DNA from: a virus
Taxonomy: Duplodnaviria > Caudoviricetes
Strand: one strand, 5' to 3'
Length of the DNA: 32,408 bases
IMG/VR virus record: IMGVR_UViG_3300044701_003603
Location: 1 to 32,408 of that record
A program made the position numbers and the translations under genes. The notes beneath the pieces are model-generated. The model made no database searches and had not been told where the DNA came from. It saw only the letters and a list, made by a program, of their open reading frames with translations. Of this stretch, positions 32,333 to 32,408 are shown in pieces (the stretch's first letter is position 1; each line of letters begins with the position of its first letter).

Positions 32333-32408
32333 TTTGCTCTACCCCTGTCGCTATGCGGGTTTCCGGCTGTCGTGCCGGATAGTGTGTCAGCATTGTAACT
32401 ACAACTTT

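Larger units (their letters stand above)
1..32408. mobile_element. Temperate tailed phage (podovirus-type) genome segment
   Basis: Terminase, MCP, portal, tail tube and ejection genes with no tape measure or sheath gene, plus integrase and attP-like site. No host housekeeping genes. Confidence 0.95.

Noticed and set aside
32293-32370. Complete functional tRNA gene
   Set aside because: No T-arm (GTTCRA), no 3' acceptor strand and no CCA follow the anticodon loop within the window.
1-32408. Alternative genetic code or stop-codon reassignment
   Set aside because: Core genes are full length under the standard code, and all three stop codons are used as real ends.

Overview
A near-complete temperate podovirus-type phage segment with high GC; almost every gene is on the + strand. 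Order: replication/recombination genes (DnaB helicase cut by the window edge, Holliday-junction resolvase, T7 gp2.5-like SSB, PD-(D/E)XK exonuclease), a run of small coupled ORFs, large terminase, scaffold, major capsid, decoration protein, portal (downstream of the capsid genes), tail/receptor-binding genes, a lysis cassette, a low-GC beta-helix tailspike, tail tube protein B, and internal virion/ejection genes. The ejection cluster contains a PP-loop (PAPS-reductase-family) gene and ends in a 2116-aa polyvalent protein. A convergent tyrosine integrase on the - strand follows, then an attP-like region. The most notable signals are: (i) the attP core is the 5' half of tRNA-Arg(UCU), followed directly by an imperfect antisense copy of itself; (ii) the giant protein has Q-x-M-P-D-delimited cargo modules (HhH-GPD glycosylase-like, GNAT-like) and an out-of-frame nested 73-aa gene with its own RBS right behind the GNAT-like domain; (iii) an ejection protein is flanked by a GNAT-like gene and a PP-loop gene, possibly a virion-protein modification system. 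All product calls come from motif recognition by eye and gene context; no database searches were run.
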